Source of the DNA: Polyangiaceae bacterium
GTDB taxonomy: Bacteria; Myxococcota_A; Polyangia; Polyangiales; Polyangiaceae
Assembly (NCBI GenBank): GCA_965222375.1
Contig: CBDCTZ010000011.1
Coordinates: forward strand, 352,001 to 416,000
DNA: 64,000 nt
Reading direction: 5' to 3'
The notes under the pieces were generated by a model. That model made no database searches and had not been told where the DNA came from. It saw only the letters and a list, made by a program, of their open reading frames with translations. Within the stretch, counting starts at the first letter, position 1; each line of letters begins with the position of its first letter. Of this stretch, positions 40,247-50,242 are shown piece after piece. A program made the translations under genes and the position numbers.

Positions 40247-41167
40247 ATGCGACGGCTGTCCGCTGCAATCTGCGCGCTCGCGGTGGCGAGCACTGCGTCT
40301 GCAGATGAGCAGGACGGCCAGGCGACGGCGAGTTCCCCCGCGGAGAAGACTCGGCGCGTTGCAGCGGCGTGCAGAAAGCCGCCCAAGGGCATGCGTTGCA
40401 TCCCCGGCGGCACTTTCCTGCGTGGCACGAAGCGAGGACCCAAATACTCGCGCCCCCAGGCGAGCATCTGGATGGACACCTTCTACATGGACGCGACGGA
40501 AGTGACCGTTGCGGCTTACGAGGCTTGCGTCTCCCGCGGGGGCTGCGAAAAAGCCCGCACTATCTACGAGGATTTTTCCCGCCCGCGGCAACCCAAGGTC
40601 GGTGTCAGCTGGCATCACGCCGACGCTTACTGTCGGGAGAGTGGGAAACACCTGCCCACGGAGGCCGAATGGGAAAAGGCTGCACGAGGCACAGATGGTC
40701 GGCGCTATCCCTGGGGAAACGAGAAGGCCACCTGTAAGCATGCGGTGATCAAAGATCGCCGTGGACGCAGTTGCGGTGTGCAGAAGACCGGAACGAGCCG
40801 CGCTACCGGTCGCACCTTTGTAGTTGGGTCGCGTTCCCCGAACCCGTACGGCCTATACGACATGTCCGGCAACGCCTGGGAGTGGGTCGCGGATTGGTAT
40901 TCGAGCAGTTACGGCCGCTGCGGCAAGGCCTGCAGCGGCGACAACCCCAAAGGCCCCTGCGACGGCAAGGCTCCCTGCAAAGGCCGGTTCGAGCGGACCG
41001 TTCGAGGCGGCTCCTGGTACTGGGGTCCGGAACTCGCGACGACGATCACTAGGCGTGCTCACGCACCGGACAACAAGCCCTACCATCACTACGGTTTTCG
41101 CTGCGCCGCCAGCGCAGCGGAGGCATCACGCCTGATGCCCAAGCGGAAGCGGGAGCGTCGAAGGTGA
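40247..41167 (+). CDS. Formylglycine-generating enzyme (FGE-sulfatase) domain protein
   Basis: LPTEAEWEKAARG, YDMSGNAWEW, RGGSW, GFRCA. Confidence 0.93.
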   Translation: MRRLSAAICALAVASTASADEQDGQATASSPAEKTRRVAAACRKPPKGMRCIPGGTFLRGTKRGPKYSRPQASIWMDTFYMDATEVTVAAYEACVSRGGCEKARTIYEDFSRPRQPKVGVSWHHADAYCRESGKHLPTEAEWEKAARGTDGRRYPWGNEKATCKHAVIKDRRGRSCGVQKTGTSRATGRTFVVGSRSPNPYGLYDMSGNAWEWVADWYSSSYGRCGKACSGDNPKGPCDGKAPCKGRFERTVRGGSWYWGPELATTITRRAHAPDNKPYHHYGFRCAASAAEASRLMPKRKRERRR

Positions 41168-42225
41168 AGCGGCTCTTGCTATCGCTGCTTGTTTGCGCGG
41201 CCATGTTGGCGCCTTCGCTGCAAGCAGACGCTTGTGCGCCAGCGCCGCGGCGTGGGGACTTCGTGAGCATCGCCAACGAAGAGGCCCTCATCGTTTGGGA
41301 TGAGAGGTCCAAGACTCAGCACTTCATTCGGCGTGCGGAGTTCAAGACGCCCGCCAAAGACTTCGGCTTCTTGGTGCCGACCCCCACTCAGCCCAAGCTC
41401 GGCGAGGTCAGCGACGATCTGTTTCAACGTTTGGAACGACGTGTCGCGCCGGAAGTGAAGTACGTCAAAGAGCGCAAGCTGCAGTTCGGTTGCATGATGC
41501 TGGGCGCTCAGGACAAGGCGACGGCCATCGCTAGCGGCGTTCGCGTGTTGGATGAACAGCGCGTCGCAGGCTTAGACGCCGCGGTGCTCGCCGCAGACTC
41601 GGCTGAAGCTCTCGCGACATGGCTGAAGCAGCACGGCTACGACAAGAGCGTGGATCTCGAGAAATGGCTCGAGCCTTACGTGCAGAAGAAGTGGAAGCTC
41701 ACCGCGTTCAAGCTTGCGCAAGGGGAGAAGCCGAAGCCACGCCTTGCCAGCAAGGCCGTGCGCATGACCTTCAAGGCCGAGCGCCCGTTCTTCCCCTACC
41801 GGGAGCCAGCGAGTCAGCGCGTCGGCAAGGCCGCCGTTGGGCCTCGCATATTGCGCACCTACTTGCTGGCGTCAGCGCGGATGTCGGGCTCTCTCGCGGC
41901 GCCTTCCGGTTTCCCAGGTCAAACCAAGTTCGCGCGGCCGATCCAAGATGCGGTGCGCGTTGTGGAGGATCCGGCCTTGGTCACTGCCTTGGGCGACAAA
42001 CCGTGGCTCACCATGATCGAGGACACGACTTCGCCACGGCCCGGAGTGGATGATGTCTTCTTCGCGGCAGCGAAAGACAGCTCGGAGGTCGTGCCGGAAC
42101 CGGTGGTCATCACCGAAGACGTGCCCGTCGTGGTGCCAATCGAATTGCTGCTGCTCAGCTTAGTGGGTGGGACGATCGTCATGGGGGGCGCTCTGTTGGT
42201 GTTGCGGCGCAGAAAGGCCCCATGA
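41164..42225 (+). CDS. DUF2330-like exported protein
   Basis: EEALIVWD, FGFLVPTP, WLKQHGY; C-terminal TM. Confidence 0.75.
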   Translation: MKRLLLSLLVCAAMLAPSLQADACAPAPRRGDFVSIANEEALIVWDERSKTQHFIRRAEFKTPAKDFGFLVPTPTQPKLGEVSDDLFQRLERRVAPEVKYVKERKLQFGCMMLGAQDKATAIASGVRVLDEQRVAGLDAAVLAADSAEALATWLKQHGYDKSVDLEKWLEPYVQKKWKLTAFKLAQGEKPKPRLASKAVRMTFKAERPFFPYREPASQRVGKAAVGPRILRTYLLASARMSGSLAAPSGFPGQTKFARPIQDAVRVVEDPALVTALGDKPWLTMIEDTTSPRPGVDDVFFAAAKDSSEVVPEPVVITEDVPVVVPIELLLLSLVGGTIVMGGALLVLRRRKAP

Positions 42226-43010
42226 TCGAGATTGCAGAGCTCTGGCTGTACCCGGTCAAGGCATGTGCTGGTGTGCGAGTCACCCACGCGCTTTTGACGC
42301 CTCGTGGCCTCGCGGGAGATCGCCGCTACATGCTGGTCGACGCCGAGGGGCGCTTCTTCACGCAGAGGGAAGAGCCCAAGCTCCAAACCGTGCGGACGGT
42401 GTTCGACGGCGAATCCGTCCTACTCGACACGGTTGCTGGGTCTTTGAGGATTCCCAGGGAGCTCCACGGCGGCAAGCGAATCGAAGTGACGGTGTGGCAA
42501 TCAGATTGTGAAGCCATCGAGCATGTGCCGGGCAGCCAGCTGCTGAGCGAGATGCTGGCGCGAGAGGTCAAGTTGGTATTCATGCCAGACGACGTACAAC
42601 GTAACGTAGATCAGGATTACGGCGAGCCCGGCGATATCGTCAGCTTCGCCGACGGCTTCCCAATCTTGCTAGCCAACGAGGCCTCTCTGGCGGATCTGAA
42701 CGCAGCGCTCGAGGAGCCCGTAACCATGCAGCGCTTTCGGCCTAGTGTCGTCGTGCGCGGTGCGGCGGCCTACCAAGAGGAGACTTGGAGCCACTTGCAG
42801 AGCGCTTTGGTTCGCCTCCGAGCCGCCAAGCTCTGCACGCGCTGCGCGGTGATCAACGTCGACCCAGGCACCGGAACCCGCCCCTCCACGCAGCCGCTTG
42901 CGACCCTCGCCCAGCACCACGCGCCAGGTGGCAAGCCGGTCTTCGGGGTGAACCTGATTCCCGAAAGCGTAGGCAGCCTCCAGGAAGGCCAGCAATTCGG
43001 GGTGAGTTGA
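42222..43010 (+). CDS. MOSC domain protein
   Basis: YPVKAC, DRRYML, FADGFP, RFRP, CTRC. Confidence 0.92.
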   Translation: MIEIAELWLYPVKACAGVRVTHALLTPRGLAGDRRYMLVDAEGRFFTQREEPKLQTVRTVFDGESVLLDTVAGSLRIPRELHGGKRIEVTVWQSDCEAIEHVPGSQLLSEMLAREVKLVFMPDDVQRNVDQDYGEPGDIVSFADGFPILLANEASLADLNAALEEPVTMQRFRPSVVVRGAAAYQEETWSHLQSALVRLRAAKLCTRCAVINVDPGTGTRPSTQPLATLAQHHAPGGKPVFGVNLIPESVGSLQEGQQFGVS

Positions 43011-43047
43011 GGTGCGTGTTGCTCGCGCCATGCTAGCCTAGCCGGCG

Positions 43048-44103
43048 ATGAAGCTGCGTCTCTCGGCACTGGGTTTTCTATCTGTAGTTTCGCTGGCTTG
43101 CGGCGGCGAAAGCTCCGCCGAGAAACAGAGCTTGGAGCCGGGCTGTAGCTCAGCTCCCCAGTGTGGCAGTTGCTCGACCTGCTTCGAGACCTGCACGTGC
43201 AAGGGTGGAGACACGAGCAGTTGTGCCGACCAATGCGCGGGTGTCGGTGGCTCCTCGGGAGCCAGTGGCTCCGGTGGCTCAGCGGGCTCGAGCAGCGGTG
43301 GGACGGGAGGTATCACCGGCGTGCAGACGGTGACCATCAAGACGACGCCGCGTACCGTGGCGCCCGGCGAAGAGGCCTATTTCTGTCAAAACTTCGCGAA
43401 CCCGTTTGGTCAAGACGTGGAGGTGCTCGAAAGCGAGTCGTTCATGACGCCGGGCTCGCATCACATGTTCGTCTTCTACAACGGCGGCAAGGGGGCTTCG
43501 CCACTTGCTGATTGCAGTGGCCTCGAGTTCAAGAAGCCGCTGCATACGGCGCAGACACCTCAACACCTGACCACGTATCCGGACGGAGTCGGACGCTTCG
43601 TCAACGATGGGGTGGGGCTGCGCGTGGCGGCGCATTACTTCAACACGAGTCAGAAGCCCATCGAGGCAGTCATCACCGTGAAATTCAAGGTGGCTTCAGC
43701 CGGGACTCTAACGCATCGAGCGGGCTCGCTGTTCTTTCTGAATCCTAACATCTACGTCGAGCCCTTTCAGACTGGCTTCGCGAAGGACACTTGCACCCTG
43801 CCCAATGACATCAAGCTCATCGACATCGTCAGCCACATGCACTCCTTTTCGACGAAGTTCGAAGCCAAGACCGACTCGGGCCAAATAGTCTACGCCGGAA
43901 CGGCGTGGGATGACCCGGAACCGACGGTGTTTTCCCCGCCCCTAGCCCTGAGCAAGGGGACGAAGATCACCTACGTCTGTGACTACAAGAACACGACCGC
44001 CATGCCACTGACTTTTGGGGAGTCCGCGGAGACGAATGAAATGTGTATCTTGAGCGGAACGTATTTTCCCACTCCCAACGGAACTACTCTGGGCTGCCAG
44101 TAG
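43048..44103 (+). CDS. Copper type II (PHM-like) monooxygenase domain lipoprotein
   Basis: SHHM, HYFN, SHMH and NEMC copper-ligand motifs. Confidence 0.8.
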   Translation: MKLRLSALGFLSVVSLACGGESSAEKQSLEPGCSSAPQCGSCSTCFETCTCKGGDTSSCADQCAGVGGSSGASGSGGSAGSSSGGTGGITGVQTVTIKTTPRTVAPGEEAYFCQNFANPFGQDVEVLESESFMTPGSHHMFVFYNGGKGASPLADCSGLEFKKPLHTAQTPQHLTTYPDGVGRFVNDGVGLRVAAHYFNTSQKPIEAVITVKFKVASAGTLTHRAGSLFFLNPNIYVEPFQTGFAKDTCTLPNDIKLIDIVSHMHSFSTKFEAKTDSGQIVYAGTAWDDPEPTVFSPPLALSKGTKITYVCDYKNTTAMPLTFGESAETNEMCILSGTYFPTPNGTTLGCQ

Positions 44104-44148
44104 CCTGCGTTCTGGCGTGCCAGCCGGGGCGGGCGTACAGTGTGCGTC

Positions 44149-45303
44149 ATGCGTGGTTGGATGACTGTGACGCTTCTGGGTCTGTGCCTCGGATGCGCGT
44201 CGGGAGGAGAAGCCACCGGGCCGAGCGGCAGTGGTGGTTCCGGTGCAGGCGGTAGCGGTGGCTCGGGTCTGTCGGGGGGGCAGGGCGGCTCGGCCGGCAG
44301 CGGCGGTTCTGCGGGCAGCCCCGTCGTCTGCAACGACGGCATCTGTTCGCCGTCCGAGGATTGCAACACTTGCAGCCAGGATTGCAGTTGCACCTGTGAA
44401 GCACCCAGCTGCGCCGGCGCGACCGTACCTCCTGCGGTGTTGAGCACGAAGATTGACTGGAGCGTCACCCTCGAACCCCTGTCCGACGAAGGGGTTCACG
44501 CGCGTATCGCAGCACTGTTGGACAAGGACCCCGCGGCACGCTCTGTGCTGCGGGCGTGGGCCGGGCAGGGCGGGGCAGCCGTGCCAGCGGAGCTCGTGGA
44601 TGTTGGTGCGCCCCTGGTGCGGACCCATGTTGGTCTGGCCCAACGCCTCGCGCAGCATTTGGATCTCGGATTGCCTGACCAGAAACCGCCCATCTACTCG
44701 GCGGCGGCCACTCCGGGCTCGACTGTTGCATGCGGCAAGCCGATGTTGCGCGCCCGCGTTGCACGGATCGAAGTGATCGAAGAGGTGGACGACATCCGAA
44801 ACGACAAGGTCTATTGCATCATCAACGCCGAGGCGCCCAGCAAGGACGAAGTTCGCATCACCCCCGTCACTCCGGAGCTAGACAACGGACAGAGCCACAA
44901 CTTCACCGTGAAAGAGGGGACCTTCTGGGGCACGGACAAGCTCCGGGATCCCGAAGGCAACCTCGTCATCACCTACGACTGTATCGAGCAAGACAACGGT
45001 TCTGCCTACTCCGAGCTGATTCAGGCCGTAGGCAACGCACTGCAAAAAGTGGGCGAGCAGCAAGAAAATGCTTGGCTTTCGTCTGCGGGTACCGCCGCCA
45101 GCATCGTGAACATGGCCCTGGCCACGAACGGTGATGATCGCGTATTCAACGCGCAACAGACCTTGGACGCCAACCAGTATTTGGACGTAGCCAGTGGCGT
45201 GAAGTGGACGGTGCGGAAGAAGGGCAAGCACATTGCCTCCAATTGGGACTGGCGATTGACAGTGGAGATGTGGGGTTGCGCTGAGCTTGCCGGTGGCAAC
45301 TGA
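44149..45303 (+). CDS. Hypothetical lipoprotein
   Basis: CLGC lipobox, Gly linker, CNDGIC...EDC module. Confidence 0.7.
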   Translation: MRGWMTVTLLGLCLGCASGGEATGPSGSGGSGAGGSGGSGLSGGQGGSAGSGGSAGSPVVCNDGICSPSEDCNTCSQDCSCTCEAPSCAGATVPPAVLSTKIDWSVTLEPLSDEGVHARIAALLDKDPAARSVLRAWAGQGGAAVPAELVDVGAPLVRTHVGLAQRLAQHLDLGLPDQKPPIYSAAATPGSTVACGKPMLRARVARIEVIEEVDDIRNDKVYCIINAEAPSKDEVRITPVTPELDNGQSHNFTVKEGTFWGTDKLRDPEGNLVITYDCIEQDNGSAYSELIQAVGNALQKVGEQQENAWLSSAGTAASIVNMALATNGDDRVFNAQQTLDANQYLDVASGVKWTVRKKGKHIASNWDWRLTVEMWGCAELAGGN

Positions 45304-46768
45304 CCCCCTCGCTTGCCGCACAAGCTTCGGGGCGCGGCTACATCGCGCCTTCCCCCTCTTCGCGATCACGCTTTGCGTCGCCTGCGGGTCGGACCCCGAG
45401 GAGAGTCCAGGTGTCAGGGACGCTGGGGGTAGTGGCGGGTCGGGATTTGACGCCAGCGTCACGGATGGAGGCTTCCCCACCAAGGATGCAGAGCCAGACG
45501 CCCCGGAAGCTGGGCCGCCCGACGGTTTCACACGCTACGCGGCCAAGGAGCGGGCACCAATAACGCCCAGCGTGCTGGCGCGTGCAAAGGCCATTGGGGC
45601 TCTCGACCCTGCGCGCAAGGATGACGTGTTCATCAAGGTCGGTGCCTCCGGCACGGTGAACAAGAACTTCTTGTACTGCTTCGCGGGCGCCGCTCAGCCC
45701 AGCTACAGCTTGGAACTCGGTGGCCGTACTGCGTTGATGCCAAGCATCGACTTCTTCCGCGCTGGAGACGCTGCGGGCAGTACGCCCTACGACCGAGCAA
45801 CCCTGGCGGCCAAGGTAGGTATGAGCGCGAGCTGGGCCATCGGTGGCAGCCCTTCGCCCTTGGACGACGAGATCCAAGCCCTCAACCCGCGCTTTGCTTT
45901 CGTGAACTACGGTACGAACGACATGGGGCAGGGGGTCACCTTCGCCAGCGCACTGTTTCCCTTCGCCGAAAACCTTTCCAAGATCCTCGACCAGCTCGAA
46001 GCCGGCGGCATCATTCCCATCGTCACTGGACTCAACCCTCGGACGGACTCCACGGCAGCCGGACAGTGGGTTCCCAGCTACGACGCCGTTACGCGCGCCA
46101 TGGCCGAGGCACGGCAGTTGCCCTACCTGAGCCTGTACTACGCCGCAAAGAACCTACCTCAGCAGGGCATGACCTCGGACGGGATTCACGGCAACACTTT
46201 CAATCCCGGAGCCGGGCCTCAGCCTTGCGTGTTTACAACCGAAGGGCTCGGTTACAACTACAACACGCGCAATCTGCTCAGCGCCGAGATCTTGCAGCAC
46301 CTGCATTCCGGGGTGGTGCTCGGCCAAGCTGCGACGGAGTTGCCGGGCGCCTCCTTCGGCGGTGTGGGCACTGCGTCGGATCCAATCGTCGTAGACGTGT
46401 TGCCCTTTTCCCACTCCGGGGACACGTCAACGTCCGGGGAGCGCAACATTGCCAGCTATTCAGGTTGCAGCGCGACCCAGGACGAATCGGGTCCCGAAGT
46501 CTTCTACGCTCTGACCCTGCCCGCGCCGACGCCCTTGCGCATCATCGCGGTCGACCGCAGCGGGGTCGACGTCGACGTGCACCTGTTGAGCGGCGGAGTG
46601 GACGGCGCCAGCTGCGCTGCGCGCAACGATCGACTGATCCAAGGAACTTTCCCCGCGGGCACTCATCACATCGTCATCGATACCTTTACCAGCTCCAGCG
46701 GCGAACAATCTGGGGCGTACACCCTCGTGGTGCTGCCCTGCGCTTCCGGGGATCCGGACTGCGGCTAA
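45287..46768 (+). CDS. SGNH/GDSL-like hydrolase lipoprotein with C-terminal PPC-like domain
   Basis: VGASGT, YGTND, DGIH; start uncertain. Confidence 0.75.
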   Translation: MPVATDPLACRTSFGARLHRAFPLFAITLCVACGSDPEESPGVRDAGGSGGSGFDASVTDGGFPTKDAEPDAPEAGPPDGFTRYAAKERAPITPSVLARAKAIGALDPARKDDVFIKVGASGTVNKNFLYCFAGAAQPSYSLELGGRTALMPSIDFFRAGDAAGSTPYDRATLAAKVGMSASWAIGGSPSPLDDEIQALNPRFAFVNYGTNDMGQGVTFASALFPFAENLSKILDQLEAGGIIPIVTGLNPRTDSTAAGQWVPSYDAVTRAMAEARQLPYLSLYYAAKNLPQQGMTSDGIHGNTFNPGAGPQPCVFTTEGLGYNYNTRNLLSAEILQHLHSGVVLGQAATELPGASFGGVGTASDPIVVDVLPFSHSGDTSTSGERNIASYSGCSATQDESGPEVFYALTLPAPTPLRIIAVDRSGVDVDVHLLSGGVDGASCAARNDRLIQGTFPAGTHHIVIDTFTSSSGEQSGAYTLVVLPCASGDPDCG

Positions 46769-46900
46769 CTCAGTGAAACACACTCGTTCGTCGTGTGGCG
46801 GACGTCATCGACCTCTGCGCTGAGGAACATCGACATTGACGGGTGTTCAATCTGCATTCGGCACAGAACAAGCCAGATTTGGCCGTTGCAGACTTGCTGA

Positions 46901-47345
46901 ATGCCCAGTGCGACGCCCGGCCCTGGTCCCGCGCTCGCACCCGGCCCCGCCCCCGCGCGCAAAACCGCGCCCGCGCCAACGCCGGCGCCTCAGCCCCCAC
47001 AGCCCGTCGAGCCGCCGCTCGAGGCGCCGCCGCCCGGCCCCGACACGACGCCAAAGGGTCCGGAAACTCCGAGCGTGCCGAAACCGGGTACTGACGCTCC
47101 GCCCGCGGCGCCAGAGGTCGAAAAGCCTCCAGAGGGTGAGACAACCAGAAACCGAGACCAAGCCTGAGTCCGAAACCAAACCCCAGTCCGACAAGACGCC
47201 GCCAGCTCCCAAGCCGCAACCTGCGCCGGGGGAGACGCCGAGGGCGGCGACGGAGAGTGAATATTCAGACGAACTTCAGGGACCATGATCGTCATCAGCG
47301 GTCCCAGAAAAAACTGGCGCCCCGGCCAGGTTCGGACGCGGAGCA
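46901..47345 (+). pseudogene. Frameshifted Pro-rich N-terminal remnant, possibly of a TonB-dependent receptor
   Basis: Continuous Pro/Glu/Lys-rich text over three frames ending TMIVISG. Confidence 0.45.
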
Positions 47346-49357
47346 GTTGGTCCGTCGACATCACTCAGAACGGCAGCGGGACGAAGTACGACTTCATCTG
47401 CTACTCGACGGATGGCTCGACGCCGGATTGCACTTGCACGGCCGCAGGCCTGACCAAGGACCCGGGCAACAGCGTGGCCAATGTCACCGTGACGGCGAAC
47501 ACGACGATCAATGCCATCGGCTGTCTGAACAGCGGCAATATGCTGCCGGCCTCGGGTAGCGCGACCTACCAGTCCGCCTCTGTGATGGCGCAGCCGAGCA
47601 TCACCCCGGCCGCGGCAGCCCAGAGCGATTGGGTCGACGTCACCTTCACCAACAACGACCCGACGCGCACTGCTCGGATTTGCTACACGACGGACGGTTC
47701 GACTCCAACGCCGACGGCCACCTGTGGCGGCACAGGCGCGACCAAGTGCACCACCAACGTGACTTCGGGCAACAGCAAGACGGTGGTTGAGCTGGTCAAG
47801 GCGACCAACGTGACCGTCAATGCCCGGGCTTGCGACATCGCAAACCCGCCGGTGAAGTCGATCTCCAGCACCGCCAGCATCACCTACACTTTGAAGGTCG
47901 CGGCCCCGACGCTGACGACCCTGTCGCCTCCGCCGGGCTCGGTGCCAATTGGCTCCAGCATCGCTTGGGAGTCGGCGACGACGAAGGCCAGCCCGGTACA
48001 GTTCTACTACACCAACGATGGCAGCACGCCGGACTGCTTGGGAGGTGGCAATGGGACGCTGGGTACGTCGTACACGATGATCGACCCGTCCAAGACGACC
48101 ATCAAGGTGATCGCCTGCTCGCCGCAGATGACGCCATCGGATGTGTCGACGTTTACGTACTCGTACTTCATCGAGACTCCGACGTTCTCGCCGGGCTCGG
48201 GAACGTACAACGACAACCCGTTGGTCACGTTCAACAACGCGCCGTCCGACAACGTTGTTCCCACCTACACGAACTTCTTCTGTGTTAGGCAGGACGGTGG
48301 AGACCCAACGTGTAACGCGGGCTCTTGCGGCTTCGGTTCCACGCAGGTCGCACCCGGTGGCTACTACGTGATCCAGTCCGTGACCCTCAAGGCCATTGCT
48401 TGCAGCAATAGCGGCTTGCCGGCCTCGGCGGTTTCGAGCCAGACCTACAATCTGGAGGTTGGCGATCTCGACTGGTCGCCTAGTCCCACGGGCACCTACA
48501 CCTCGCCCCAAGCAGTGAGCGTCACTGTCAATCCAGCTCCCACGGAGTTCTTGGGAGGTGTCGCATTGGACTACACCGTTTGCACCGCAACCGGCGCAGT
48601 CAGCATCCCACCGCAGCCCTCGAGCTGCGCGGGACTGAAGGGCTACCTGGATGGCCAAACCCCCGGAACGAGTTGGACCTGCACCAGCAAGACCGACGGG
48701 AGCGCAACCCCGCTGGGGACGTTCAACGTTACGACGACGGTGTCGGCAATTGCTTGCAAGAACAATATGGTCTGGAACACCAGCCAACAGACCTACTCCT
48801 TCAACCCGTACACACACACCATCAACATCGACGGTGCCAACGATTTCAGTGGGACCAATGACGCACTGAGTACGAGCGGCGGCGATACGGCCTACTTCTC
48901 ATGGGATGCGACCAACCTGTACTTCGGTTACAACGGTTTCTCCTTCGGAAGTGGCCAGACGGTGAGCGCGTACTTCGGTGACGGAGTCTCCGGGACCACT
49001 ACGGCGGATGACGCCGGCGTGGGTGGAGCTCTCGCGAAGCCTGCTCTCTATCACTTGGTTTGGGTCAACACGAGCGCGACGGCCAAGGTCCGCAAGTGGA
49101 ACTCCACGACCACGATGTGGGAGGACGACGCAACTGTGCCAGTGACGGTTGGGTACACCGGCGGAACCAGCACCTACGTTGAGTTCAGCATCACCCGGGC
49201 CTCCATTGGCAGCCCGAACATCGTGCACGCAACCGGTGGCATCCTAGACGCCGCCGGGACCGGGTACGACTCGGTGTGGCCGTCCACTGCGTGGGCGGAC
49301 ACATATGTGTTCGAGTTGCTCGGAGCAGCGACGCCGGCCACGTCGGCGATCAACTGA
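47285..49357 (+). CDS. Surface protein with CHB_HEX_C/Fn3-associated repeats, apparently N-terminally truncated
   Basis: YSTDGSTP, YTTDGSTP and YTNDGSTP repeats; no signal peptide. Confidence 0.75.
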   Translation: MIVISGPRKNWRPGQVRTRSSWSVDITQNGSGTKYDFICYSTDGSTPDCTCTAAGLTKDPGNSVANVTVTANTTINAIGCLNSGNMLPASGSATYQSASVMAQPSITPAAAAQSDWVDVTFTNNDPTRTARICYTTDGSTPTPTATCGGTGATKCTTNVTSGNSKTVVELVKATNVTVNARACDIANPPVKSISSTASITYTLKVAAPTLTTLSPPPGSVPIGSSIAWESATTKASPVQFYYTNDGSTPDCLGGGNGTLGTSYTMIDPSKTTIKVIACSPQMTPSDVSTFTYSYFIETPTFSPGSGTYNDNPLVTFNNAPSDNVVPTYTNFFCVRQDGGDPTCNAGSCGFGSTQVAPGGYYVIQSVTLKAIACSNSGLPASAVSSQTYNLEVGDLDWSPSPTGTYTSPQAVSVTVNPAPTEFLGGVALDYTVCTATGAVSIPPQPSSCAGLKGYLDGQTPGTSWTCTSKTDGSATPLGTFNVTTTVSAIACKNNMVWNTSQQTYSFNPYTHTINIDGANDFSGTNDALSTSGGDTAYFSWDATNLYFGYNGFSFGSGQTVSAYFGDGVSGTTTADDAGVGGALAKPALYHLVWVNTSATAKVRKWNSTTTMWEDDATVPVTVGYTGGTSTYVEFSITRASIGSPNIVHATGGILDAAGTGYDSVWPSTAWADTYVFELLGAATPATSAIN

Positions 49358-49371
49358 GCAAGTAAGAAAGT

Positions 49372-49418
49372 CGCCGCGGGGGGCACGGTCGTTCGACTGT
49401 GCCCCCCGCGGCGCGTTT
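49372..49418 (+). terminator. Long GC hairpin between convergent genes
   Basis: 19-bp stem with one G:T pair, 4-nt loop, then GTTTGT. Confidence 0.75.
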
Positions 49419-49449
49419 GTGGGGGCGTGTTCTTTCGGGAGTGACGCTC

Positions 49450-49506
49450 GTTTGGATTGGGGTCGCATCACTGCGGCAGGGTGGGCCACTACTCTCGACT
49501 GGGGCC
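49450..49506 (+). repeat. Dispersed motif matching the reverse complement of 12948-13005
   Basis: TTGGGGTCGC...GGTGGGCCACTACTCTCGA. Confidence 0.65.
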
Positions 49507-49648
49507 GAGTAGGCGCGACGGTGACGATGGCCGTGGCAGAGTAAGACGGGCAGCTCCGACTCGCGGGCTGCCCGTGGGGCGCACGGGGCGCCCGTGGGGA
49601 CGGGATAGTCGCGGCCTGCGCGGTGGGATGGGGTGGCCGTTTGGGCTC

Positions 49649-50086
49649 TCAGGCTGTTGCGTCGGCAGTGCGATTGGCGCTGTCGCTCTCGGCGCGGGGC
49701 GCGGAGGCGAAGAGGGCGCGGTAAGCGGCGCGGTGGGTCCAGGCGAGGTAGCCGCTGCTCGCGATCAAGAAGCCGGTCATGCCCCAGCCGCCGGGCGCGA
49801 GCACCACGTGGAACAGAGCGATGTTGACAATGATGGGGGCGAGCAGCACCACGGCTAGCGGGACAGCGCGTCCGCTCAGCAGCAGCGCGCCAGCAATGAC
49901 CTCGGTGCCCTTGATCAACGGGAACATGTAGCCGCTAGCCGCGAAAGCACCCATCAGCGCACCGGCCGCGGGAGGCACTTCGGGTTGGGGCAGAAAACCC
50001 AGGAACCCGTTGAGCCCGAACACGAAAAACACGAGGCCCAACAGAATCCGGGCGGCGGTGGGAGCGATTGCGGTGATCTTGTTCAT
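49649..50086 (-). CDS. DoxX family membrane protein
   Basis: ARILLGLVFFVFGLNGF, LAPIIVNIALFH; SD GGAAGGAG. Confidence 0.9.
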   Translation of the reverse strand: MNKITAIAPTAARILLGLVFFVFGLNGFLGFLPQPEVPPAAGALMGAFAASGYMFPLIKGTEVIAGALLLSGRAVPLAVVLLAPIIVNIALFHVVLAPGGWGMTGFLIASSGYLAWTHRAAYRALFASAPRAESDSANRTADATA

Positions 50087-50112
50087 ATTCGTCTCCTTCC
50101 CCGCCAATATGA

Positions 50113-50176
50113 ATTGTTTCTCATGTGACACAATATATTCTACGGGCAATTTATTGTTGCTAATATCGGAACAATA
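50113..50176. promoter_or_regulatory. LysR-type T-N11-A boxes upstream of doxX
   Basis: TATTGTT-N11-AACAATA (50152-50176) and ATTGT-N12-ACAAT (50113-50134). Confidence 0.75.
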
Positions 50177-50242
50177 CGCCCCAAATCCCGAGATTACTGT
50201 GCTATGCAGGCGGGAGGTTTTCTCGAATGTAGGGGATTGAGC

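Noticed and set aside
40247..41167. DGR target (FGE-sulfatase/CLec fold) linked to the Avd-like gene
   Set aside because: No second copy of its 3' region (template repeat) and no reverse transcriptase seen in the window.
47276..48817. Long antisense ORFs (also 16465-17667, 38980-40143, 58062-59192)
   Set aside because: Shadow frames of genuine genes, expected in high-GC DNA.
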